From the NCBI RefSeq assembly GCF_022045235.1, contig NW_027266297.1:3038001-3102000 (forward strand): a stretch of DNA of 64,000 nt. Reading direction: 5' to 3'. This document shows positions 21,140-44,288 of the stretch, in pieces. Position 1 is the stretch's first letter, and every line of letters begins with the position of its first letter. The translations under genes and the position numbers were made by a program. Under the pieces are notes generated by a model that did no database searches, was not told the origin of the DNA, and worked only from the letters and a program-made list of their open reading frames with translations. Origin of the DNA: Haliotis cracherodii (lineage: Eukaryota).

Positions 21140-24135
21140 CATGTGGACCCTATGTATATAGTGTGTATATCATGTGGACCTGGTGTATATAGTGTGTATA
21201 TCATGGGGACCTGTGTATATAGTCTTATATCATGTGGACCTGGTGTATATAGTGTGTACATATCATGTGGACATGGTGTATATGGTGTAAACATATATCA
21301 TGTGGACCTGATGTATAAGGTGTTATAGCATGTGGACCTGTGTATATAGTGTTTGTATCATGTGGACCTGATGTATATGGTGAGTATATCACATGGGCCC
21401 TATGTATATGATGTGTATATCATGTGGACCTGATGTATATGGTGTGTATATCATTTGACCCTAAGTATATAGTGTGTACATCATGTGACCCTATGTATAT
21501 AGTGTACGTATATAGTGTGTGTATCATTTGGACCTGTGAATATGGTGAGTATATCATGTGGACCCTATGTATATAGTGTGTCTATCAAGTGGACCTGTGT
21601 ATATGGTGAGTATATCATGTGGACCCTATGTATACAGTGTGTCTATCATGTGGACCTGTTTATATAATGTTATATCATGTGGACCTGAGTATATAGTGTG
21701 TGAATCATGTGTACCTGATGTATATGGTGAGTATGGTGAGTGTATCATGTAGACCTGATGTATATGGTGAGTTTATCATGGGGACCCTATGTCTATTGTG
21801 AGTATATCATGTGGACCTGATGTATATGGTGAGTATATCATGTGGACCTATGTATATGTGTATATCATGTGGACCTGATGTATATAGTGTGTAAATCATG
21901 TGACCCTATGTATAGTGTTTATTTCATGTGCCCCTATGTATAAAGTGTGTATATCATGTGACCCTATGTATAGTGTGTTTATCATGTGACCCTATGTATA
22001 TACTGTGTATATCATGTGACCCTATGTATAGTGTGTATATCATGTGACCCTATGTATATAATGTATATATCATGTGACCCTATGTATAGTGTGTATATCA
22101 TGTGGCCCTATGTATATTTAGTGTATATTATGTGACCCTATGTATATTCAGTGTATATTATGTGACCGTATGTATATAGTGTGTTTATCTTGTGACCCTA
22201 TGTATATTGAGTGTATATCATGTGACCCTATGTATATTGAGTGTATATCATGTGACCCTATGTATTATATGTGTATATCATGTGACCCTATGTATATTCA
22301 GTGTATATTATGTTTACCCTATGTATATAGTGTGTATATAATATGACCCTATGTATAGAGTGTTTATCATGTGACCCTATGTATATTGAGTGTATATCAT
22401 GTGACCCTATGTATATAATGTATATATCATGTGACCCTATGTATAGTGTGTATATCATGTGACCCTATGTATATTTAGTGTATATTATGTGACCCTATGT
22501 ATATTCAGTGTATACTATTTGACCCTATGTATATACTGTGCATATCATGTGACCCTATGTATAGTGTGTATATCATGTGACCCTATGTATATAATGTATA
22601 TATCATGTGACCCTATGTATAGTGTGTATATCATGTGACCCTATGTATATTAAGTGTATATTATGTGACCCTATGTATATTCAGTGTATACTATGTGACC
22701 CTATGTATATAGTGTGTATATCATGTGACCCTATGTATAATGTGTGTATATAATGTGACCCTATGTATAGTTTGTATATTATGTGACCCTATGTATTTAG
22801 TGTGTATATGATGATACCCTATGTATATAGTGTGTATATCATGTGGACCCTATGTATAGTGTGTATATTATGTGACCCTATGAATAGTGTGTATATCATG
22901 TGACCCTATGTATATAGTGTGTATATCATGTGACCCTATGTATAGTGTGTATGTTATGTGACCCTATGTATAGTGTGTATATCATGTGACCCTATGTATA
23001 GTGTGTATATCATGTGACCCTATGTATAGTGTGTATATCATGTGACCCTATGTATATACTGTGTATATCATGTGACCCTATGTATATAGTGTGTATATCA
23101 TGTGACCCTATGTATAGTGTGTATATCATGTGACCCTATGTATATAGTGTGTATATCATGTGACCCTATGTATAATGTGTGTATTATGTGACCCTATGTA
23201 TAGTTTGTATATTATGTGACCCTATGTATATAGTGTGTATATCATGTGACCCTATGTATATAGTGTGTATATCATGTGGACCTATGTATAGTGTGTATAT
23301 CATGTGACCCTATGTATAGTGTGTATATCATGTGACCCTATATATAGTGTGTATATCATGTGACCCTATGTATATAGTGTGTATATCATGTGACCCTATG
23401 TATATAGTGTGTATATCATGTGACCCTATGTATATAGTGTGTATATCATGTGACCCTATGTATAGTGTGTATATCATGTGACCCTATGTATATAGTGTGT
23501 ATATCATGTGACCCTATGTATATAGTGTGTATATCATGTGGACCCTATGTATATAGTGTGTATATCATGTGACCCTATGTAGAGTGTGTATATCATGTGA
23601 CCCTATGCATAGTGTGTATATCATGTGGACCCTATGTATAGTGTGTATATCATGTGACCGTATGTATATAGTGTGTATATCATGTGACCCTATGTATATA
23701 GTGTGTATATCATGTGGACCCTATGTATAGTGTGTATATCATGTGACCCTATGTATAGTGTGTATATCATGTGACCCTATGTACAGTGTGTATATCATGT
23801 GACCCCATGTATATCATGTGACCCTATGTATATAGTGTGTATATCATGTGACCCTATGTATAGTGTGTATATCATGTGACCCTATGTATAGTGTGTATAT
23901 CATGTGACCCTATGTATATAGTGCGTATATCATGTGACCCTATGTATATCATGTGACCCTATGTATAGTGTGTATATCATGTGACCCTATGTATATAGTG
24001 TGTATATCATGTGACCCTATGTATATAGTGTGTATATCATGTGACCCTATGTATAGTGTGTATATCATGTGGACCTATGTATATAGTGTGTATATCATGT
24101 GACCCTATGTATATAGTGTGTATATCATACGACCC
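21140..24135. repeat. 28-31 bp satellite array, about 100 copies
   Basis: Unit catgtgaccctatgtat(at)agtgtgtatat; left part more diverged. Confidence 0.96.
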
Positions 24136-24599
24136 TACATATGCAGTGATGACCCCACCACCATCGTCAATTCCAGAGGAGAAGTCCATCATTTCCGTAA
24201 CATGTAGGTGTTTGCAGCTCATGGAACAAAACCTTGAATTAAGTCTGAGGCCGAGTAGGCTGCATGAGGACCTGGCTGGCTTAGCGTCAGCTCGTACCCA
24301 ACCCAGACAGCAGGGATTGATGTTCCCACTATCTGCCACTGAGGTCGGTGCAACTCTGTCCGTACTGGTCATCCTGATGCACATCATACGAAACACTCAC
24401 CTATGAATACAAATATCCGTCTCAACATTCGATAGGGCTACTGGTGTATATCCTTCTGATACAAAACCAAAGGCCCCAACTTTTTGAACTGAATACTTGA
24501 AGCCATGTTGTGAAGATGAACATGCTCAGATCAGTTTCAGGGCAAAATTGAATACTATTCATATGACAATATCTCCGAGCAAAGAGTCACTTTCGGTCG

Positions 24600-24700
24600 G
24601 TCTCATGATATCAATCACAAAATTGATTATTTACAGACTGACGTTATAAAGCTGGAATATTGCTGAATGTGGCATTAAACAACAAACAAATAGACAAACA
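24600..24700 (+). mobile_element. SINE-like family A, 3' fragment
   Basis: gattatttacagact...gctggaatattgctgaatgtggcattaaacaacaaac. Confidence 0.65.
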
Positions 24701-24714
24701 ATAATCCCCACCTG

Positions 24715-25120
24715 GTTGCACTTGTCTAGTGACATGCATAGGACTGAAGGACTAATGCCGGTTATATAGTGCTAGCCCACTGAGATACCGTGCGACAGAT
24801 TAACATGGATACCCCACTCAGACACAGTAAACTGACCCTGAGCTGACCAGTCCTTGTTTTAGCCCCTTAATGCTGAGTGCAGGGAGGGTACCATCTTTTA
24901 GCTTCTTATGGTATGATGCTGCTGGGGATCGAACCCTGACTACCTCACTCGTCACGCCGAAGACGCGGGTTTGATTCCTGACATGGGTACAATGTGTGAA
25001 GCCCATTACTGATGACCCCGAGTGATATTGCTGGAATATTGCTAAAAGCGGCGTAAAACCTCACTCACTCACTCACTCCTCGATCTGTGCAGATGCTCTG
25101 TCCACTAGACCACTGAAGCC
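24715..25120 (-). mobile_element. Meta-like SINE interrupted by a nested family B SINE (+, 24945-25078)
   Basis: Reverse match to 2616-2947, broken between its B and A boxes by a family B copy. Confidence 0.75.
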
Positions 25121-25429
25121 ATACCCAACACATGGTATTAATAATGTAGCGCTATAAGCATTCAATAGAATATAACACATTATAGATAGACTATTACATC
25201 CGATTACCTGTATCCAGAGTTGAGTAGCGGGGCGTATGTTACAGATTGTCCCACTCTCACAATACCAAAACATAACAAACAAGTCAATGGCAATTAAAGA
25301 ATTTTAATTTAAATATTAGCTGGTTCCTGCAGCATAGAACCATGGGAAGGAAGGGGCAATGATATCACATGGTTAGTACATGATTCGCATGAGGAGTTTA
25401 GATCAAGGGCGCTCTCAGTCTCGTCTACC

Positions 25430-26060
25430 ATTTTGACACAGTGCAGATCAAGAACATAATGTCAAGAACAACTTTGACATAGTAAAGATCAAGAACAATG
25501 TCAAGAACGGTTTTGACATAGTAAAGATCAGGAACAATGTCAAGCACGGTTTTGACACTGAAGATCATGAACACCATGTCAAGAACAGTTGTGACATAGT
25601 AAAGATCAAGAACAATGTCAAGAACGGTTTTGACATAATAAAGATCAGGAACAATGTCAAGAACAATTTTGACATAGTAAAGATCAGGAACAATGTCAAG
25701 AAAAGTTGTTACATAGTAAAGATCAAGAACAATGTCAAGAACAATTTTGACACAGTAAAGATCAGGAACAATGTCAAGAACGGTTTTGACACTGAAGATC
25801 AGGAACACTATGTCAAGTACAGTTGTGACATAGTAAAGATCGAAAACAATGTCAAGAACGGTTTTGACACAGTAAAGATCAGGAACAATGTCAAGAACAG
25901 TTTTGACACTGAAGATCAGGAACACCATGTCAAGAACAGTTGTGACATAGTAAAGATCAAGAACAATGTCAAGAACAGTGGTGACATAGTAAAGATCAGG
26001 AACAATGTCAAGAACAATTTTGACATACCGAAGATCAAGAATGTCAAAAATGGTTCTGAC
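25430..26060. repeat. 39-bp minisatellite, about 16 copies, probably in PDE4 3' UTR
   Basis: Unit tcaagaacagttttgacatagtaaagatcaggaacaatg. Confidence 0.93.
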
Positions 26061-28452
26061 AGACATCAACACAGTGAGAACCCTGCTAATTGAAATCTTA
26101 ACATCTATGTGCGATGCATAGGGAAGTCAATTTACAGTCTCACTTAACCATAACGAAACATTAACAAATAATTTTTTACTTTTTGTGTTTGGTAAATGTG
26201 GCACTTTGACAAATGGTGATGGTAATGTCCTACACAACACAAGCTTTAACAATTTTGTTATAGTCCTCTGTATTGCAACACATGCATAAATCAACAGTGA
26301 CTCATCTTGCATTGGAAAAATAAACAACAACAAAACTACCCTTTGTAAGGACTCCAGTTGTGAGTCAGCTGTAAGTTCACTTCCCAAACTACAAAAACGG
26401 AATCTCACGAGACACCTGTATGGCCTGAGACGTAATAAATACTAGTGTAAGTGATAACGTGACACATGAGTTGTTGGTGGATGAATGAAGGTGATTATGT
26501 CAATGATCGCTGAACAAAGACTCAGTGTTAAACACAACAGACCTGTGGAATCAGCAAGATATGTAAATATCGGATTGAATGCCGACAATAATCTCGTATT
26601 CACTACAAGTGAACATCGACTATGAATATGCTCTCAGCTTTTGTCCAATCACCAGTTAAAATATCTAAATAATGTCCATATTTGGAAAATATCTCCTTTA
26701 AAATTATGCATAATATAAAATTTCTCCACATTGTTAAAAGTGGGTCTTTTCCATAACATTCAAATATACATAATACAACAGACTGACGTAAAATTGTGTA
26801 TCATAAATGCTAAAATCTCAATTGGTGACTCAAATTTGCCTGCCAAACGAAACAATCTTTACAAGCGTGTCAAAATTAATAGGTGCAAGTTACGTGACCA
26901 CTAAGAATTTCTTCTTTATGCAAGTATCAACTTTCAAGAAAGGATTCATACATATTATTCAAATAATAAATATATTTAAAATTCAAAATGCCTAATAAAT
27001 TCTGATTAATATTCAAGAAGTGAAGTATTTAATGTAAAGTGAAGTGTTGAAAGTAAAGAGTGAAGTCTTGGTTGGACTGAGCTGAAACATTACCAAATGT
27101 TCTCGAGTGGAAAAAACAACCTGTTTAGCATCAGCTGCCATTTTGTCAACAAGTTAGCAATTCGTTTTAAGGATGGGACATTTTAAAGAATTGTGAACTG
27201 CAAACAACCTGATAACGTAATAACTTAAATAAATAGGTTCTATGAACAACGCGTAAGCAATTAATGGAAGAGGGACTACCCCTTCATACCCCCCCTCCCC
27301 GTCCCCCATCCTTTGTCCCCCTCCCCTGTCCCCTTGCCGTAATACACATATCACAGAACGGTTCTCAGACATAGCCTCGTTCAACTGCTGGGGATTTCAC
27401 ATGTTAAACATTAAGTCACAAGAGTCAGTGCTAACTCACTTCCTCAACAATCCAACAGATTTTGTGTTATAAAGTTAGTGGATTAGCAAGAAACATATAA
27501 AAAATTGTTATTTTAAATTTATGGTAACATTAAACATGATAAGAAAACACTATGCAATCATACACTTACTTGCAATTTTTCATTATGCTACACTGAATTT
27601 TCTAAGCTATTTTGAAAATTATGCTACCAAAACATCTGCTACGTTGTATTCGAAGTTGAAAGTCCAGATTGGAGAGAGTTCAATTTAGAACTGAGAATTT
27701 CTCATTCTCGGTAGACTAGATATGTCTAGTCGTCTCTAGAAGAGAATTGTCTGAGCGAAGATACTCGAACCAAACATTTGCAATGATATAGTTTGACGGA
27801 ATTGAAGTAATGAAAATATCACAGTTGTCACACACGACCCACTTCAAGCTGCTTGCTAAATCTTTAAATTATTGGTTAAATCAAAATGCCCCAAATATGC
27901 AATAATCACATATACAAATGAACTATCCTTGTTGTGGGCAAAACACACTCTCCTGTTGTGTACAGTTTGCCATTTTGACATATATCAGTTGTTTTAGTCA
28001 ATATATCTACACAAGTCTTTGTCTCTATGCAACTGATCGAGGGAGCTCAGCAAGAGTTATCCCCCTTGTCCATAATGTTAATCACAATGAGTGTCAGAGT
28101 ATGCCGCATTGGCTAGAAGGACAGGTAACACATTATGTGGAGATCATTCTATCATCGTCGTCAACAACAGCATTGTCACTGTTAGCAGTTCGTCATGCCA
28201 CTGGGGTTACATGGCACAGCCAAGCTCAATCAGATGTTCGTTGGTAGCTCGCCGCTTGTGCCATTGCCGTGCTCTTCCCTGAGTGAATTTCATGTGCAAC
28301 TGAAAATAATGAGTTTATCGTCTAGCTTCTTCAAGTATCCATCAACGCACAGACATTTTGGCCGGCCATGACCAAACGAGAGCCAGCATTTGTAGAGTTG
28401 TCATAATTGTTGTCAGCTCAAACACATCGCTACTATCATCTACACGGAGGCT

Positions 28453-37957
<9,505 letters not shown>

Positions 37958-40277
37958 CTGAAATATGAATTGATCATTAAACTCTCGGAACCAAAAAATC
38001 ATAATTCTTCCTGGTAAAATTAGTCAACAAAACTTCACAAGGTAATATGAAAACAACATCCGCAACATTCTCTGGAAATGAAATCCTGTTCCCCATAATT
38101 TCATATTCCCTTCTAGCTTCATGCTTACATTGTTATGAAAACATGTGACTCACGTAATTTCCTGAGAATCTCAAACAAAAAATAACTGTTTAGCAAGAAA
38201 ATGAATAAATCTCAAAATAGCCAGTCTAAAAAATATTGTATTCCCAGACAACTGCAGATATGACCCAAATCCCAAATCTCACCTCCAATCACAATAAACC
38301 ACTTGTCCAACATGATGATTCTATTCACCAGAGCAATTCACACCTGACCACTGATAGTAAAAATGTGCCGGACACTAAGCAGGTATAATAATCCCTCACG
38401 TTATCTATGACAGAATTCAGTGATGAAAACCTCCAGGGATCTGCTCATTCAGGTCAAAAAGCTTTAGGTGCCAATATCCTCCATGGCCCATGTTGTCCCA
38501 TCTCAACATGAGGCGCCTGTGTACGCTGTTTCCCTCCATGTGGCCTTTCTGTTTATACTGGCACAGCAGGAGCTCCTAATGGTCTCATTCTGCCTCCTCA
38601 GGTGCTCCTGCAGGACCTGGACTGAAGCAGCAGGTGCCCTTGCTATGTACACAGTCTCAGTAGGTGCCCTGTTGGATTCCTGAACTGAGCGTAATGCAGG
38701 TAGCCAATCAGTGCCCACAGTGAGCAGGTCCCGTGGAGGTCCTGAGGAGGTCTTGGGCAGATGATCCTGGGACACTCACTGGACAAGCCTCCTGCTGTGC
38801 TGTGTCCACCCTAAGCTTGATATTAATAGCAACCTCAGGACAATTTTGACAGATCTTCAACACAGCAGGTAGCTCAGCTTGTGGGATGCTCAACTGAGAA
38901 GCAGCAATCATCCCCAAGGTGTCCAGTTCACGCGTCACCCACACCAAATCCTCTCAACTATTTGGTGAACAAGTTCCAACTGAGAACCAATTCATGGCTC
39001 CTTCGTCTTTGACCAGGCATTAACTAACGGAATCATTAGATAAACACCACTTAGCAATAAAGGAACTTTTCCCCTTCAATTTACCTTCATGATAGAACAA
39101 TTTCAGGTCCTCATGAACTTGAAAAAGGAGTCCAACACAAGTCTAGAATGATTTGGCAAGTCTAGATTACCTCAGCTCTGAAATTAAGGATTTTCCTGGG
39201 CTCCAGTTGGATTTTATTATTTTTATTTTGTAGATATATTAAAAATATATATTTTAAATAAGATAACTTTATTTCTGGGACTAAATATCAGTCAAGGTAT
39301 ACATAATAGTTACACAGACAAACTTCTCCCAATCCCTTATTCTCAAATCAATTCATACAGAAAACAAGATCAGTCATTTATATCGCTGAAGGTTCATTAG
39401 CGACTCTGTGCGGAGGTATGATATTATCAGTTAATCCCTGAAAAGCTCTACTGGGCACCGTTTAGCCGCATGTTTATACGTTTAGCACCATGTTTATACG
39501 TTTAGCCCCATGTTTACATGATCAAACCAAAACAGAAACACATAATAGGCGACACTAGGTGGTTAACACTACCAACTATGATCACAAGTTGCTGCACAAC
39601 AAATCATGACCATTAAGCTTGTTTACAATGCCTAATGCCAAATTACAATACCATGAATGGCTGGTGATCTATGCCCACATAACAAGTGTTAATATCATTT
39701 GATGAATGAAAGCCGATGAGTATCAAATCACTTGTTTACACAACTGTCATTGATAGCTACGACAGATAAATGTTGCTGTCAATGGTCGGTGATCTATAGC
39801 AGATAACACAACTATCACAGGCGTGGAGACCCGGGAAGTCACTCAATATGCTACTCACGTTTGACCACAAGTATTATAGAGGGCCGGGCGAGTGGGACGA
39901 CCCTGTATTACAGTAGTAAATATCTCTCTGTGATGTGGTCTATCTTAGACCCCCTTGTCCCTACACTCGATGGGATTCAACGACTGGAGTGTCATTGGGT
40001 TCACATGCATCAAGGCAGGAAATGGTAGAAGTATTAAATATTATACCCAATGTAACAGATTTATACCAAACAAATATCCTACTAGAATATATTCTGACAT
40101 TTTCCACGTTGGTATTATCCAAAGCATATTGTCACTTAAGAATAAAAGTTTGTTATTACCCAAACCATTTTTTTACATAAGAATCCTAAACGTTGTGTTC
40201 CTCATAATATAGAAGTTGACATACATAAATTCTCTTCCTTATGTGTATCACTTCTAAATGCTTTTCAAAGACTTGAC

Positions 40278-40527
40278 AAGAATCTTGTTACCTACATTCA
40301 TAGCACTTTCTCCATGACAGTGTGAGAAAAATTTCATCACTGTGAGAAGTTTTTAACCAAAATAATTTTTAGACATAAGAATCTTGTTACCTACATTCAT
40401 AGCACTTTCTCGATGACACTGTGAGAAAAAATTCATCACTGTGAGAAGTTTTTAACCAAAATAATTTTTAGACATAAGAATCTTGTTACTTACATTCATA
40501 GCACTTTCTCGATGACACTGTGAGAAG
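40278..40527. repeat. 99-bp tandem repeat, about 2.5 copies, containing a - strand splice donor
   Basis: aatcttgttac(c/t)tacattcatagcactttctc at 40281, 40380 and 40479. Confidence 0.9.
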
Positions 40528-40653
40528 AATTGTGTCGGAGTGAGGCGTCGTGATCATGTTTATGTTACTGCCGTTGCAGGGAACGCGACACGGTGAGTCC
40601 ACAACCGAGAGAGAACACAACACAGGCATATCGCAACTACAAAAACTCAGCAT
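40494..40653 (-). CDS. PDE4: Candidate alternative first coding exon of PDE4 (MLSFCSCDMPVLC...SRKCYE)
   Basis: In-frame ATGs at 40653 and 40629, perfect donor GAAT|GTAAGT, phase 1 matching the 37957 acceptor, promoter motifs just upstream. Confidence 0.55.
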
Positions 40654-40869
40654 CAAATTATTCCAAGAATATTGTTCCAGTGCAGGACCAGCTTTCACAA
40701 CCTCAAATCTTCCTTCAGGCAGTAACCCTTCGTCAAGATATCCAGAAATCCAACACACATTGGTCTTAGAGGATGAACCTCTGTGTCACACACAAGCTCA
40801 AAGTAAACTGAATCATTTACACATACCACGCTAACCATATCTCCCGTATTTCCCTACTACGAGAGCTGC

Positions 40870-41000
40870 CTTCTGATTGGCCGACATCCGCATACTGGCT
40901 GCCATTCATTGGCTGAAGCAACCCTGGGCCTGTGTTAGTTTCTTGGCTTGAGTGACCAACTAATGAGTTCCTCCTGTGAGTTTTCCTTTGACGTCACCAA
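40870..41000 (-). promoter_or_regulatory. Candidate internal PDE4 promoter: full CRE plus paired CCAAT boxes
   Basis: TGACGTCA at 40989-40996; CCAAT on - strand at 40876-40880 and 40908-40912, 32 bp apart; locally GC/CpG-richer. Confidence 0.55.
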
Positions 41001-41917
41001 GCTCTTGTACTGTCTCGTTAGTTCACAGCCCTGGCTGGGCTCGGCTGGCTTGCTGTAGGTGCCTCAACTCTCCTGCACCTGCTACAGCTCATATTGCCCG
41101 GTATATCAGTATATCAGTATATCAATACCACTAGGCCAGTGTATGCATGAATGCATATCCTTTATAATTAATTATCTGGTTATGTTGTTATTATTTAATA
41201 CCTCAAGCTATTGAGAAACGTGTTAAATATCTAAGAACTATAATCATGAATTTGAAAATCAAAATTTTAAGTATTTCCATCCTGGTAATGCAATACTATA
41301 TCCATCAATAATACACATCTCTAACAGTTGCATTATTTTGCAGCAGTTTTGATGCTATGAGCAGTAATTTGCTTCGTCTCTGATTTATAGCGAAATCGAG
41401 CCAGTATTTAGCAGTGACAACAGCCCTTACAGTGTAGGCGGCATCTCGGGACTGGGTCAACTGATTGACTAGGTGGTGACACGCAAGCTATTCCTTACTC
41501 TGCACATACTGCAGCTGAATTACTAGCTGTGTGCCATGGTTATACAGAAGTGTAGTTCTACCGTGACAAATATTGATTTATCGGACATACACACTCAGGT
41601 TTAGACTAACATTTAGTCCCAGATATATAGTTATCTTATTTAAAACTATATATGTACATAATAAAAAGTAAAATCCAAATGGAGCCCAGAACATTTTTAA
41701 TTTAGAGCTGATGCAATCTAGACTTGAGTTGGAATCAATTTTGAGTTCATTCTCTAGTGTCTGGGAGACAGACCAGCTCTAGCAAACACCTGGTACAAAT
41801 ATCAATACACCAGTAACCCTAGTCTACTTATCAACTCTAAATGACACAATGCGTCACATTGCACACTTTTATTGCCCTTCAGGCTGAATAATTATACCTT
41901 GATCAAAAAAGTAAAAC

Positions 41918-42003
41918 ATCATTCATTCATTCATTCATTCATTCATTCATTCATTCATTCATTCATTCATTCATTCATTCATTCATTCATTCATTCATTC
42001 ATT
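41918..42003. repeat. (TTCA)n microsatellite
   Basis: About 21 copies. Confidence 0.98.
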
Positions 42004-42562
42004 TAAACTAAACCCAGCTGTCTTACTTTACAAGATCTGCATTACTTGGGGCTGTCCTCCCCTATACCACACTGTGATACACCTGGACTACTGAATCAAA
42101 GCCACCCACTCATACTTGGCATACTTGTGCAGGTAGACATCTTATTCAGAGGTAATATTATGATGAGATGATAAATGATGATTAAAAAATAACATCAATG
42201 CAATATGTCCTTATTTGGAAGAAGGTACATACTTTTCCCCCGCCGTGCACTGTCAAGCACATGGCATGCAGCATGGGCAACTAATGTCCAAACACCATCA
42301 CAAATGGCAGGAGACATTTCCTTGTTTGCGTCACATGTAGATACTTCACAATGATTTAGGAACTGACTATTTAATATCAGGTTAGGAGGAAGGAGGCCAG
42401 GGAGATTTGTTTCAGTCAGTGTAATTGTTTTCTGAAAGGAACTGTCAAACAGAGAATCTAGCAAATCCAGCATATTCCAATTCTTTACTTTTAATGGCTG
42501 GGGGGTGGGGATTTCTTGAATACATTATTTCTTGTTTCCAACCCATCATATCAAATTGTTGG

Positions 42563-44288
42563 CCCCTCACAGATCTGTGATAAATGGTTGTCCTCTCATG
42601 GATCTATGATAAATGGTTGTCCTCTCACAGATCTGTGATAAATGGTTGTCTCCTCAGGGATCTGTGATAAATGGTTGTCCCCTTGCAGATCTGTGATAAA
42701 TGGTTGTCTCCTCAGGGATCTGTGATAAATGGTTGTCTTCTAACAGATCTGTGCTAAATAGTTGTCCCCTCACAGATCTGTAAAATGGTTGTAACCTCAT
42801 GGATCTGTGATAAACGGTTGTCCTCTCACAGATCTGTGATAAATGGTTGTCTCCTCACAGATCTGTGATAAATGGTTGTCTCCTCAGGGATCTGTGATAA
42901 ATGGTTGTCCTTTCACAGATCTGTTATAAATGGTTGTCCTCTCACAGATCTGTGATAAATGGTTGTCCTCTCACAGATCTGTGATAAATGGTTGTCTCCT
43001 CAGGGATCTGTGATAAATGGTTGTCTTCTCACAGATCTGTGATAAATGGTTGTCCTCTCACAAATGTGTGATAAATGGTTGTCTCCTCAGGGATCTGTGA
43101 TAAATGGTTTTCCTCTCACAGATCTGTTATAAATGGTTGTCCTCTCTCAGATCTGTTATAAATGGTTGTCCTCTCACAGATCTGTGACAAATGGTTGTCC
43201 TCTCACAGATCTGTGATAAATGGTTGTCCTCTCACAGATCTGTGATAAATGGTTGTTCCCTCACAGATCTGTGATCAATAGTTGTTCCCTCATGGATCTT
43301 TGATAAATGGTAGTCTCCTCACAGATCTGTGATAAATAATTGTCCCCTCACAGATCTGTGATAAATGGTTGTCCTCTCACAGATCTGTGATAAATGGTTG
43401 TCTCCTCACGGATCTGTGATAAATGGTTGTCCTCTCACAGATCTGTGATAAATGGTTGTCCTCTCACAGATCTGTGATAAATGGTTCTCCTCAGGGATCT
43501 GTGATAAACGGTTGTCCTCTCACAGATCTGTGATAAATGGTTGTCCTCTCACAGATCTGTGATAAATGGTTGTCCTCTCACAGATCTGTGATAAATGGTT
43601 GTCCTCTCACAGATCAGTGACAAATGGTTGTCCTCTCACAGATCTGTGTTAAATGGTTGTCATTTCACAGATCTGTGATAAATGGTTGTCCTCTCACAGA
43701 TCTGTTATAAATGGTTGTCCCCTTGCAGATCTGTGATAAATGGTTGTCCTCTCACAGATCTGTGATAAATGGTTGTCTCCTCAGGGATCTGTGATCAATG
43801 GTTGTCTCCTCAGGGATCTGTGATCAATGGTTGTCTCCTCACAGATCTGTGATAAATGGTTGTCCTCTCACAGATCTGTGATAAATGGTTGTTCCCTCAC
43901 AGATCTGTGATAAATGGTTGTCCCCTCACTGATCTGTTATAAATGGTTGTCATTTCACAGATCTGTGATAAATGGTTGTCTCCTCACAGATCTGTTATAA
44001 ATGGTTGTCCCCTCACAGATCTGTTATAAATGGTTGTCATTTCACAGATCTGTGATAAATGGTTGTCCTCTCACAGATCTGTGATAAATGGTTGTTCACT
44101 CACAGATCTGTGATCAATGGTTGTCCCCTCACAGATCTGTGATAAATGGTTGTCCCCTTGCAGATCTGTGATAAATGGTTGTCTCCTCAGGGATCTGTGA
44201 TAAATGGTTGTCCTCTCACAGATCTGTGATCAATGGTTGTCCCCTCACAGATCTGTGACAAATGGTTGTCCCCTCACAGATCTGTGAC
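42563..44288. repeat. 29-bp satellite, about 59 copies
   Basis: Unit gatctgtgataaatggttgtcctctcaca, with the 14-bp palindrome tcacagatctgtga across unit junctions. Confidence 0.97.

Noticed and set aside
25425-26072. 215-aa hydrophobic repeat ORF
   Set aside because: Translation of a 39-bp minisatellite, probably in the PDE4 3' UTR; no splice or start support.
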